A stretch of DNA of 64,000 nt from Alphaproteobacteria bacterium. GTDB lineage: Bacteria; Pseudomonadota; Alphaproteobacteria; Rs-D84. Below, piece after piece: positions 1 through 10,024 of this stretch. The position numbers were made by a program, and so were the translations under genes. Position 1 is the first letter of the stretch; each line of letters starts with the position of its first letter. The stretch lies in contig JBKSMS010000010.1 in assembly GCA_046881825.1 (NCBI GenBank), positions 12,924-76,923 of the forward strand, in the 5' to 3' direction. The notes under the pieces were generated by a model. That model was not told the DNA's origin and did no database searches. It saw only the letters and a program-made list of their open reading frames with translations.

Positions 1-377
1 CGATTCCAGCTAAAGCAGGTCATGGTAATAGATACAAAACAAATCCGCGTATTTCAAAAACTGCTCTTGCTTTGGCAGAATGTAAGTGTCAATGTCATCC
101 AGATGAACATATTACTTTCTTATCAAAATTAGGTCAGCAATATATGGAAGCACATCATCTTATACCTATGTGTGCACAGAAAGATTTTGATGTTAACTTG
201 GACAGAATAGAAAATATTGTATCTATTTGTCCAATATGCCATTCTGCAATTCATTTAGGTGCAGACTCTGTCAGATTAGAAATATTAAAAACATTGTATG
301 ATATGAAAATCGATGGTTTAAAAGAAGCAGGTCTAGATATAAGCTTTGGTGATTTATATACAAAATATTATAAATAG
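1..377 (+). CDS. HNH-family endonuclease, 5'-truncated at the window edge (the frame is open from nt 3). Probably the restriction endonuclease of the adjacent R-M system.
   Basis: Translation contains CxxC...HHLIP...N...CPICHSAIH, the ββα-metal HNH signature. No stop lies upstream within the window. It sits next to two DNA methyltransferase genes. Confidence 0.55.
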   Translation, partial: IPAKAGHGNRYKTNPRISKTALALAECKCQCHPDEHITFLSKLGQQYMEAHHLIPMCAQKDFDVNLDRIENIVSICPICHSAIHLGADSVRLEILKTLYDMKIDGLKEAGLDISFGDLYTKYYK

Positions 378-385
378 TTAATATT

Positions 386-1531
386 TTATATATTGTCCAA
401 TAAGTTCTTCATAATGTTTTCTACTAACTTTGGTGGAATACCTTCACCGACAACTTGACGTATCAGCTTTTCATCGGCCCAATCAGGAACATTCCAATCT
501 GTTGGGATAGAAAAAACGATAAATAATTCATACAATGTTAAACATCTTGGGTCTGAATATAAAATTTCCCCAGTTGCAGATTGATATTTTTTGCCAGGAT
601 GTACACAACACAAAGAAGATATAACACCATTATTTTGAGTGATAGTTCTGCTTGGTTTGTTCCAATCAAATCTTCTATATGTATTATAGTGTCCATTGAC
701 TCTGGTACCATCATCTTTTTTAGGATAAAATACTTCATTATCAAAAGCAGTTTTTCCACTTGGTGTATGCATCATAGCTATTACATGTTTTTTTGCATGT
801 TTGGGGGGGGTATGAAATTTGGATAATTTTTCTGCATTATGCTTTTTTGTTTCAAAATCCGGAAATAACTTGATTGTTTCTTCATAGCCTTCTTTAAGCA
901 TTGGGTCAACGGAAGGCAAGTTGTATAATACATCTTTTAATGTTTTTTCTGGTTTTGGTGCAGGCATTTCCCATTTATATTTCATATCTTTGCGTGTTAA
1001 TAAGAATATGTTTCTTTTACGCATTTGTGGTACATCATAATCTTTTGCACAAACAATATTTTGTTTTGCAAAATAGTAATCATTATCTAATTGTTGATGT
1101 ATGTATTCTGGAATCAATAATGTTTTATCCTCAACTTTAATTTTTGTTTTTAATAATTGTGGTACATTTTCTAAGAATATATATTTAGGTTTTATTGCTT
1201 TTATCACTTGTATTGCATAATAAATTAATTGATTGCGCTGGTCTAATGGGTCCATTTTACCGGCTAAACTCATGCCCTGACACGGCGGAGTTGCCAACAA
1301 AAGTTCCACATTAGATTTTTTGCATTCTGTGATGATTTTATTAATAATTTCTTCGTTAGTGATATCGCCTTCAATCATATTAACATCGGGATATAAATGT
1401 CTGTAAAATTTTACTCGAGTTGCGTCTATTTCGTTAGCAACTTTAACATCTATACCGATGTTTTTAAAATAACATTCTGCTACACCAACATTGGCAAATA
1501 AAGAAACCGCATTTATTTTTTTCTTAGACAT
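386..1531 (-). CDS. DNA (cytosine-5) methyltransferase, R-M system subunit, paralog A
   Basis: SLFANVGVAE (motif I variant), PPCQGMS (motif IV PCQ) and ENVPQLL (motif VI ENV). It is 381 aa and clearly paralogous to the next ORF. Confidence 0.85.
   Translation of the reverse strand: MSKKKINAVSLFANVGVAECYFKNIGIDVKVANEIDATRVKFYRHLYPDVNMIEGDITNEEIINKIITECKKSNVELLLATPPCQGMSLAGKMDPLDQRNQLIYYAIQVIKAIKPKYIFLENVPQLLKTKIKVEDKTLLIPEYIHQQLDNDYYFAKQNIVCAKDYDVPQMRKRNIFLLTRKDMKYKWEMPAPKPEKTLKDVLYNLPSVDPMLKEGYEETIKLFPDFETKKHNAEKLSKFHTPPKHAKKHVIAMMHTPSGKTAFDNEVFYPKKDDGTRVNGHYNTYRRFDWNKPSRTITQNNGVISSLCCVHPGKKYQSATGEILYSDPRCLTLYELFIVFSIPTDWNVPDWADEKLIRQVVGEGIPPKLVENIMKNLLDNI
795..802. repeat. G8/C8 homopolymeric tract inside the coding sequence of methyltransferase paralog A (encodes T-P-P), followed by an A7 run
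   Basis: gtttgggggggg is seen directly. A run of eight G is rare in an AT-rich genome. Confidence 0.9.
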
Positions 1532-1542
1532 ATTAACAACTT

Positions 1543-2688
1543 TTATTCTGGTATATTCTTCATGATGTTTTCTACCAATCTTGGTGGAATACCTTCACCA
1601 ATAACTTGTCTTACAAAATGGTCTGATGCCCAAGACGGAATATCCCAATTTGTTGGTAAAGATGTGATTATCATTAATTCATATACTGTTAAAACCCTAG
1701 GGTCTGAATATAAATCATATCCTTCTTTATCTTTTCCTATGTATCTTCCTGGATGAACATTATTTTGTGAACCTATTGTACGATTATACATAGTGACAGT
1801 AAAAGCAGGTTTATCCCAACATTGTCTTTTATAGGTGTTTTTGAAACCTTTTGTAAAACTTCCATCAAGTTTTTTTGGTTTAAACTTATCTATATTATCG
1901 AATGCTGTTTGTCCACTCGGTGTATGCATCATGGCAAATACTTGTCTATAAACGTGTTTTGGTGGATAGAACCATTTAGAAATACTCAAAGCTTTTTTTC
2001 TTTTTTCTTCATATTGCGGAAATATTTTTGCTGCTTCTGATTTTGATAAATCTGTTATTTCTGGGTCTAACTCAGGTAAATCCCCGATAGCATCTAACAT
2101 AGTTATTTGTTTTGTGTGTTTTTTAGGAAAATCCCATATTTTTTTTATGTCTTTACGTGTTAACAATATGATAGCTCGTTCTCTTTGTTGTGGAACACCG
2201 TAATCACAAGCATTTATTAAAAATTGTTTGTTAAAATTATAATGTTTACCTAGTTCTTCCATAAGGTATTCAGGAATTTTTAACACTTTACCATTTATAT
2301 TTATCGGTGTTATTAGTTGCTCTGGAACATTTTCTAAAAAAACATACTTTGGCATTAATTCTTTGATTATGTTAACGGCAGGACAAATCAGATAATTTCG
2401 TGAATCTGACTTATCTTGTTTTCCTGCTGTGCTCATACCTTGACACGGGGGTGTTGCCATTATTAAGTCGATTTGTTCTTTTTTTGATGCTTCAATTATT
2501 TGTTTTTGAATATTTTTATCGGTTATATCGCCTTCAATCATATTAACATCTGGGTATAAATGCCTATAAAATTTTACACGTTGTGGTTCAATTTCATTTG
2601 CAACACAAACACGGACATTGGTTGTATCAAGATAAGTTTCAGCAATACCTACATTGGCAAACAAAGAAAGTGCTTTAATTTTTGGCAT
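1543..2688 (-). CDS. DNA (cytosine-5) methyltransferase, R-M system subunit, paralog B
   Basis: LSLFANVGIAE, PPCQGMS and ENVPEQL motifs. It is 381 aa and has long identical blocks with paralog A (YRHLYPDVNMIEGDIT, RQV.GEGIPP.LVENIMKN). Confidence 0.85.
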   Translation of the reverse strand: MPKIKALSLFANVGIAETYLDTTNVRVCVANEIEPQRVKFYRHLYPDVNMIEGDITDKNIQKQIIEASKKEQIDLIMATPPCQGMSTAGKQDKSDSRNYLICPAVNIIKELMPKYVFLENVPEQLITPININGKVLKIPEYLMEELGKHYNFNKQFLINACDYGVPQQRERAIILLTRKDIKKIWDFPKKHTKQITMLDAIGDLPELDPEITDLSKSEAAKIFPQYEEKRKKALSISKWFYPPKHVYRQVFAMMHTPSGQTAFDNIDKFKPKKLDGSFTKGFKNTYKRQCWDKPAFTVTMYNRTIGSQNNVHPGRYIGKDKEGYDLYSDPRVLTVYELMIITSLPTNWDIPSWASDHFVRQVIGEGIPPRLVENIMKNIPE

Positions 2689-2827
2689 GTTTATTATCCT
2701 TATTTATCATGTTAACAACGGATTTGTGTAATAAAGTTTGCATGGGTTGTTTTTTCTTAATGGCTAACATTTTTAATGCCATATGCTCGCCTTCTGATAA
2801 TCGTATGCTGATTCTTATGTCTTTCAT
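2675..2827 (-). CDS. Small (about 50 aa) putative ribbon-helix-helix DNA-binding protein, overlapping the start of methyltransferase B. Possibly a controller of the R-M module.
   Basis: Manual translation MKDIRISIRLSEGEHMALKMLAIKKKQPMQTLL... gives a beta-strand plus helix pattern like the CopG/Arc family. It overlaps the downstream ATG by 14 nt. It is not in the ORF track because it is under 60 aa. Confidence 0.3.
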   Translation of the reverse strand: MKDIRISIRLSEGEHMALKMLAIKKKQPMQTLLHKSVVNMINKDNKHAKN

Positions 2828-3076
2828 AATTTTTCTTCCTTTCAGTATAGATTAAACACTAAATATAAAATTATGTCAATTAAAAAAACGCCAAAACGCC
2901 AAATTTTTATAATAAATTTATAAGTTTATTATAAAGTATTGATTTAACATCTTGCCCCTTTGGGCAGGATGTTTTTTTCACTATTTAGAAATTTTTTTAT
3001 CTGAAGTTTTTGACTCTTTCACATTCTAAACAACGTCGGTAGGTCAGCTATCGGCAAAAACAAAGGACTACTGCAA

Positions 3077-3272
3077 ATGACTAATTTTGAAACATTGCGA
3101 CAGGAAATTCAATCTTGGTATCCAGATTACCAATTTACAGATGTTGAATTAAATGAAGCAACACAAGATTTAATTAAGTTTTTTGCAGAAGGAGCACTAG
3201 AAATATATAGGCAAAAAAAAGCAGAAAATAAAAATAAAGGTCTGCAAAATGAAAAAAACACGGTAGAATCAA

Positions 3273-3283
<11 letters not shown>
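3077..3283 (+). CDS. Hypothetical small protein immediately upstream of and overlapping the recombinase gene
   Basis: 68-aa ORF, translationally coupled to the recombinase. Confidence 0.3.
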
Positions 3284-4901
<1,618 letters not shown>

Positions 4902-4982
4902 TGGTGTTTATTATATACCTTTATATTCATATGTCAATTAAATAAATGGTTTAAATCTTATTTTTGTCAATATTTATCATTC

Positions 4983-5011
4983 TTGCATTGTATTTTTTTT
5001 ATTGCTAGAAT
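4983..5011 (+). promoter_or_regulatory. Sigma70-like promoter, TTGCAT-17-TAGAAT, for the downstream acyltransferase-lpxK-lpxC operon
   Basis: Hexamers and spacing read directly. An AAGG RBS lies 8 nt before the ATG at 5033. Confidence 0.4.
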
Positions 5012-5032
5012 CTATTCCATAAGGTTTTTTAT

Positions 5033-5791
5033 ATGAAAAAAGCGCTTAAAAAAAGATTAAAACGATTTTTTAGGTATCTTTATGGCTGGGGGGTCGTTCA
5101 ATGGATTTTGGCCCTGGTTTATTATGTTTTAATCTGGTTTGTTTATTTTACTTCGAAAAAAGAAATTACAGGTTTGTCCATATTGAAAAAATATGCCAGA
5201 AAACCAGCGATTTTCGTGTTTTGGCATGGGCGAACAATGATGTTGTCTCCGGTTATAGCACTTAATCGTGTGCGCGGATATGCTATTGCTGATTCCAAAA
5301 AAGACGGGCGTGCTATTGCAAAAATGGAAAAATTATTCGGGCTTAAAACCATATACGGGTCGTCTGCGGGGGGCGGTGTATCCGTTCTGCGTAAAGGTGT
5401 AGAAGCACTTCGTCGTGGTGGAAATTGTTTGGCTTTGTCGCCTGATGGACCATGTGGGCCATCTATGCGCTTTCATGATGGGGCGCTTTATTTCGCAAAA
5501 ATGACTGGGGCACCGATTATTCCAGTTTGTTATTCTTCATCAAGACCTTGGTTTCAAAATCGCTGGGACAGGTATTTGTTGACCAAACCTTTTTCGATTA
5601 TAGCTGGAACTGTTGGCAAGCCTATATTTATCGACAGAAAAACAAAAATAGAAGATTTCGAAAAAATTCGTAAAAATCTGGAAGATATAATGGTCAAGCA
5701 GGCCTATGATTTAGATAAAAAGTTTACAGATTTTCGTGTAGAACAAGATTTAACACCTGATAATTTCAAAGACAAGGCAATAATACTATGA
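5033..5791 (+). CDS. DUF374 / lysophospholipid-acyltransferase-like membrane protein
   Basis: N-terminal TM segment and an FWHGR..DG..A.MA.L-like pattern. Its end overlaps lpxK. Confidence 0.55.
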   Translation: MKKALKKRLKRFFRYLYGWGVVQWILALVYYVLIWFVYFTSKKEITGLSILKKYARKPAIFVFWHGRTMMLSPVIALNRVRGYAIADSKKDGRAIAKMEKLFGLKTIYGSSAGGGVSVLRKGVEALRRGGNCLALSPDGPCGPSMRFHDGALYFAKMTGAPIIPVCYSSSRPWFQNRWDRYLLTKPFSIIAGTVGKPIFIDRKTKIEDFEKIRKNLEDIMVKQAYDLDKKFTDFRVEQDLTPDNFKDKAIIL

Positions 5792-6717
5792 AAACACCAA
5801 AATGGTTTTTGAAACGCGGATTTGTGGCGATTTTATTGTTGCCACTGTCTTTGTTTTATTTGGTTGGTTCAAGATTGGTCTTTCGTATTCGTAAATTGCG
5901 TGAATATAAATCAAAACGACCTGTTATATGCTTTGGTAATATTTTATCGGGGGGCGTTGGTAAAACACCGATAGTTCGTGAAGTTTCAAAATTTTTCGAT
6001 GCACCTGTGGTTATGCGTGGGTATAAAAAATCAAAAGAAACAGGTGATGTTGGCGATGAAGCTAATATGTTATCAAATGATGGTATTTTGGTTCATGTTG
6101 GGGACAGAAAAAGTAATTTGATTTTATTAAATAAACAAAAATCTAATACGCCAATTATAATGGATGATGGGTTCCAAAATTCTGGAATTAAAAAGGATGT
6201 TTCTGTGTTGGTTTTTGATGAAGCCATTGGTTTTGGAAATGGTTTTTTATTGCCGGCTGGACCTTTACGAGAAAGAAAATCTGCTATAAAACGTGCAGAT
6301 GCAATCATATTGATAAAAAGAAAAAATGTGGCAAAAAATTTTGCTTTGCCAACTGATGTTCCAATATTCAAAGCACAAAGTAAAGAAATATGTCCGTATG
6401 ATAAAAAAATGGCAGTTATAGCATTTGCCGGGATTGGTTATCCAAAGAAATTTTTTGATAGTGTTCCATGCCATGTAGTTGAAAAAATTTCTTTTCCAGA
6501 CCATTATCAATACACAGATGATGATATAAAAAGATTGCTTAAAAAGGCTAAATCTAAGAATGCTAAATTGCTGACTACGGAAAAAGATTGGGTGCGTATC
6601 CCAGATTGGGCAAGAAAAGATATAAAATTTTCTGCGCTGGATATAGAAATAGAGAAAGGTTTTTATAATTGGATTAAAGGAAAGGCAAATCATGACAACA
6701 TTGTTAAAAAAAGTTAA
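5788..6717 (+). CDS. lpxK: Tetraacyldisaccharide 4'-kinase
   Basis: ICFGNILSGGVGKTPIV P-loop typical of LpxK. The size of 309 aa fits. Confidence 0.8.
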   Translation: MKTPKWFLKRGFVAILLLPLSLFYLVGSRLVFRIRKLREYKSKRPVICFGNILSGGVGKTPIVREVSKFFDAPVVMRGYKKSKETGDVGDEANMLSNDGILVHVGDRKSNLILLNKQKSNTPIIMDDGFQNSGIKKDVSVLVFDEAIGFGNGFLLPAGPLRERKSAIKRADAIILIKRKNVAKNFALPTDVPIFKAQSKEICPYDKKMAVIAFAGIGYPKKFFDSVPCHVVEKISFPDHYQYTDDDIKRLLKKAKSKNAKLLTTEKDWVRIPDWARKDIKFSALDIEIEKGFYNWIKGKANHDNIVKKS

Positions 6718-7621
6718 ATTATCTGGTGTCGGAATACATTCTGGATTGCCAGTAAATATGACTATTTTACCATCAAAAAAGCCTGGTATTTTTTTTAAGA
6801 GAACAGATTTAAAAAATTCTGATTTGATTCCAGCGACATATGATAATGTCTGTGATACTTTGATGCGTAATACTACAATCGGGGATAAAAAAGGCGCTCA
6901 TGTTCAAACGGTTGAACATTTGATGGCTGCGCTTTTTTTGTTCGGTATCGACAGTGCGATTATAGAAATAAATGGATTTGAAACGCCTATTATGGACGGC
7001 AGCGCGTTCGAATTTTGCAAAGCTATTGAAAAATCTGTCGGTCAAAAAAACAAGATGAAAAAAATTATTGTTAAAAAGACCATTGTTGCGCGCCGTAATG
7101 AATTGGTAAAATATATGCCATTTTGGAAACGCATAAAAACGACTATTTTAAATCATACATTGTGGCGTCGCGGGAACGGATATGTCAAATTATCACCAAA
7201 TGAAAAAGGTTTATTGATAGATGCGACTTTGGTTTATGATGACAAGATTATAGGAACACAATCATATTCTTGTTTGTTGGACGGAACAAAAAAGTCTGTT
7301 GATAATTTTGTGAAAAATATTTCGAAATCAAGGACTTTTGGAAAATATTCTGAATGGGATTGGTTAAAGGCGCATGGTATGGCGCATGGCGCAAATGAAA
7401 AAAATGTGATTGCTGTGAACGACAAAGGTGATGGGACATTAAATAAATTGTATTATCCTGATGAATTCGTTCGTCATAAAATCATAGATGCCATTGGTGA
7501 TATGTTTACCAGTTCAGGGTTTATTTATGGGCATCTTGAATCTTACAAGGGGTCGCATGCGCTTAATAATCTGGTTTTACGTAAATTATTTAGTGATAAA
7601 TCTAATTATGAAATCGTTTAA
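6692..7621 (+). CDS. lpxC: UDP-3-O-acyl-N-acetylglucosamine deacetylase
   Basis: GIHSG, TVEHLMAAL, E.PIMDGSA and FVRHKIIDAIGD (the HKxxD motif) are present. Confidence 0.85.
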   Translation: MTTLLKKVKLSGVGIHSGLPVNMTILPSKKPGIFFKRTDLKNSDLIPATYDNVCDTLMRNTTIGDKKGAHVQTVEHLMAALFLFGIDSAIIEINGFETPIMDGSAFEFCKAIEKSVGQKNKMKKIIVKKTIVARRNELVKYMPFWKRIKTTILNHTLWRRGNGYVKLSPNEKGLLIDATLVYDDKIIGTQSYSCLLDGTKKSVDNFVKNISKSRTFGKYSEWDWLKAHGMAHGANEKNVIAVNDKGDGTLNKLYYPDEFVRHKIIDAIGDMFTSSGFIYGHLESYKGSHALNNLVLRKLFSDKSNYEIV

Positions 7622-7639
7622 ACAACAAAGGAGTAAAAA

Positions 7640-7957
7640 ATGAAAAAAAGTATAGTTTTAATGTCTTTGATTGGGTTGTGTGCTTGCGCAACAACACAAA
7701 ATAGTGGAAATGGTTTAACTAGATTGACAGAGGAACCAAAAAACTGTGAATTTTTGTATAATCTTGATTCCAGTGTGACAACTTATAAATTGTCTGGGGC
7801 ATATGATTATGTTGAAAAAAGCATATTGGAAAACAAAAGCTTAATAGGTGATTCTTACTATATCGTTAATGAAGATGTGATTGACAATGTTGGGGCTGTA
7901 TTTGGACCAGAACATACCTATAAATTCAAAGTAAAGGTCTATGATTGTATTAAATAA
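7640..7957 (+). CDS. Small secreted or lipoprotein-like hypothetical protein
   Basis: N-terminal signal peptide MKKSIVLMSLIGLCACATT. Confidence 0.45.
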   Translation: MKKSIVLMSLIGLCACATTQNSGNGLTRLTEEPKNCEFLYNLDSSVTTYKLSGAYDYVEKSILENKSLIGDSYYIVNEDVIDNVGAVFGPEHTYKFKVKVYDCIK

Positions 7958-7961
7958 TGAA

Positions 7962-7986
7962 AAGTCGTAGAAATACGACTTTTTTA
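7962..7986 (+). terminator. Rho-independent terminator
   Basis: Hairpin agtcgta-gaaa-tacgact followed by TTTTT. Confidence 0.6.
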
Positions 7987-8050
7987 GTATAAATTTCGGC
8001 TTTATTTTTATTATTGATTTATGCTATAATATTTCTATAACGAGAGAGAA

Positions 8051-9307
8051 TTGATAAAACAAGTAATAACTGTTAATCGCAAAAGGTATGCAACAGGTCT
8101 GTTTTGGCAGCCCCTGCGGGTTGGTGTTATTGCTCAAAATTATGCAAGACAATTGGCTAAAAATGGCGGTAAAAAATATACATTGTATGTCGGTTATAAG
8201 TCTATGGTTGGTTTAACCGACACACACGAAGGTGTCAAGGCTGGTATGGCAAGTGCTGCAATAGAAATAGTCAGTGCTTTGTCTGATTTGGTTTCGTTTT
8301 TAGGTGTATTTCAAACAGAAAATAATAATTATTATTTAATCGCTGTTCGTAATGGTGTAATCATTCGTGATATATTATTAACTGATGCAGAAAGTGCCAG
8401 AAAATTATATACACAAATGACTGAAATTCCAGATTGGGGCGCTTTGTTTGCACCTGCTTCGTGGGGGATTGCTAAATCTCAGGAAAAACTTTTGTCTGAT
8501 TTGATGGGACATGGTGCGTATGTAAAATTGCGTGAAATAAGCACTGTGAAAATAATAATTCCATCTGTTGTATTTTTGATTTTGTTCGCGGTATTCGGAT
8601 ATATTGTTTTGAAAAATTCTGTGGCCAATAAAACTGTTAGCAAGCCAACAATAACGGCAGAAAAAATTGCAGAATATAAAAAACAAATAGAAGCTAAAAC
8701 ACAAAAAATAGCTGATAAAATATTGCCGACTGTTACAGAACAAGATGTTGATATAGATTATGCGTATGAACATTTACCAAGGGTTAATGAACGCGCAGAT
8801 TTGTGTTATAAAGCAATTGCTTTTGTAATGCAGCCTGTGATGGGGTGGAATCAAACTTATGCTAGATGTGACGAAGAATATGTATCCGCTAATTTTTCAC
8901 GCGATTTTGGAACTTTGAACGATTTTTATGAAATAGGTGGCGATTTAATGCCTGGGGCTATGGTTCAACAAATGTCCGAAGATGAAATACTTGTTCGTAT
9001 AAAATTACCAGAATTAAAAACTTATACTTCGATTGATGACCGCGATCAGACGACTTTGATGCGTGATATAACAACGGTTTTTCAACAATCAAATATCAAT
9101 GCGAATATCCAAGGTGTCATAGATAAAGTTCTAACAGGTGCTGGGACAGAAAATATCTATGTGACCGAAGTCGGCGTTTCTTCAAAATTAATTCCATCAG
9201 AATTTATGCGGGCTTTTGATGGGTTTAATGGTGTATATATGCCGTCTGTGACATGGCGTACGAATACAAAGATGTGGGATTACGAAGTGGTAATTTATTC
9301 TAAATAA
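8051..9307 (+). CDS. Bitopic GspL/BfpC/PilO(R64)-like pilus or secretion assembly protein (TTG start as given by the track; the true start is uncertain)
   Basis: About 170-aa cytoplasmic N-domain, a single TM helix (IIIPSVVFLILFAVFGYIVL) and a periplasmic C-domain. It is the first gene of an operon with a GspE-family ATPase and a GspF-family platform protein. Confidence 0.45.
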   Translation: MIKQVITVNRKRYATGLFWQPLRVGVIAQNYARQLAKNGGKKYTLYVGYKSMVGLTDTHEGVKAGMASAAIEIVSALSDLVSFLGVFQTENNNYYLIAVRNGVIIRDILLTDAESARKLYTQMTEIPDWGALFAPASWGIAKSQEKLLSDLMGHGAYVKLREISTVKIIIPSVVFLILFAVFGYIVLKNSVANKTVSKPTITAEKIAEYKKQIEAKTQKIADKILPTVTEQDVDIDYAYEHLPRVNERADLCYKAIAFVMQPVMGWNQTYARCDEEYVSANFSRDFGTLNDFYEIGGDLMPGAMVQQMSEDEILVRIKLPELKTYTSIDDRDQTTLMRDITTVFQQSNINANIQGVIDKVLTGAGTENIYVTEVGVSSKLIPSEFMRAFDGFNGVYMPSVTWRTNTKMWDYEVVIYSK

Positions 9308-9318
9308 AGGTGGGAAAC

Positions 9319-10020
9319 ATGTTTAAAAAACTAAATATTATAGTATTTGCAGTTATGATAGCTTTGGGATTTCATATTTCTTCTGGTTGGTCCGAAGAAG
9401 TCTTCATGGACGATTATGTTGAATATGATAATTATTCAGATAATGTTGTTGGACAAAGTGATGCCGAATTAGCTGACCAAATGTCTGTTCAAGCATTACA
9501 AGAATATGATATGACAGGTTCTTTGTTTGAAAAAATCACAATGCTGGAACAAGAAAAAGTTGTTGCTCAACTGGAAAAAGAACGCGCACAATTGGATTTA
9601 GATTTTGACAGATTAAATGCTGAAAGAATTAAATTACAAATGGAATTAGATACTTTGTCTGGGCGTGCAGAACAACAACAACAAGAATTAGAAACTGCAA
9701 AAACTCAGTTGGAAATACAGACGGAAAAGTTAAGAAAACAACGAGAGGCTTTGGATGAAGAAATAGATTATGAATCAATAGTAAAAAAATCAACATCTAA
9801 AAAAGAAGAAGGTAGTTTCAACAGAAGATATAAATTGATAAATGTTGTCGGTGTTGATAATCAATTACAGGCTACTGTTCAAGAAGTATCTACTGGTCAA
9901 AACAAACGTATTGCTGTGGGTAAAGATTTGGATGGATATGTCGTGAAATCTATATCTTTAAATGATGGTATTATTTTTGAAAAAGATGGTGTCGAAGAAA
10001 GTTTAAATATTGGAAAATAA
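9319..10020 (+). CDS. GspM/PilP/BfpU-like membrane-anchored coiled-coil protein. The likely start is the ATG at 9319; the track gives a GTG at 9310.
   Basis: N-terminal TM segment then a long coiled coil. AAGGTGG RBS lies 5 nt upstream of the ATG. Assigned by position in the operon. Confidence 0.4.
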   Translation: MFKKLNIIVFAVMIALGFHISSGWSEEVFMDDYVEYDNYSDNVVGQSDAELADQMSVQALQEYDMTGSLFEKITMLEQEKVVAQLEKERAQLDLDFDRLNAERIKLQMELDTLSGRAEQQQQELETAKTQLEIQTEKLRKQREALDEEIDYESIVKKSTSKKEEGSFNRRYKLINVVGVDNQLQATVQEVSTGQNKRIAVGKDLDGYVVKSISLNDGIIFEKDGVEESLNIGK

Positions 10021-10024
10021 AAAT

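Noticed and set aside
538-1140. Small ORFs (538..759, 581..826, 901..1140) nested inside the methyltransferase gene
   Set aside because: They are fully contained in, or antisense to, a well-supported methyltransferase ORF with conserved motifs. AT-rich antisense frames often stay open by chance.
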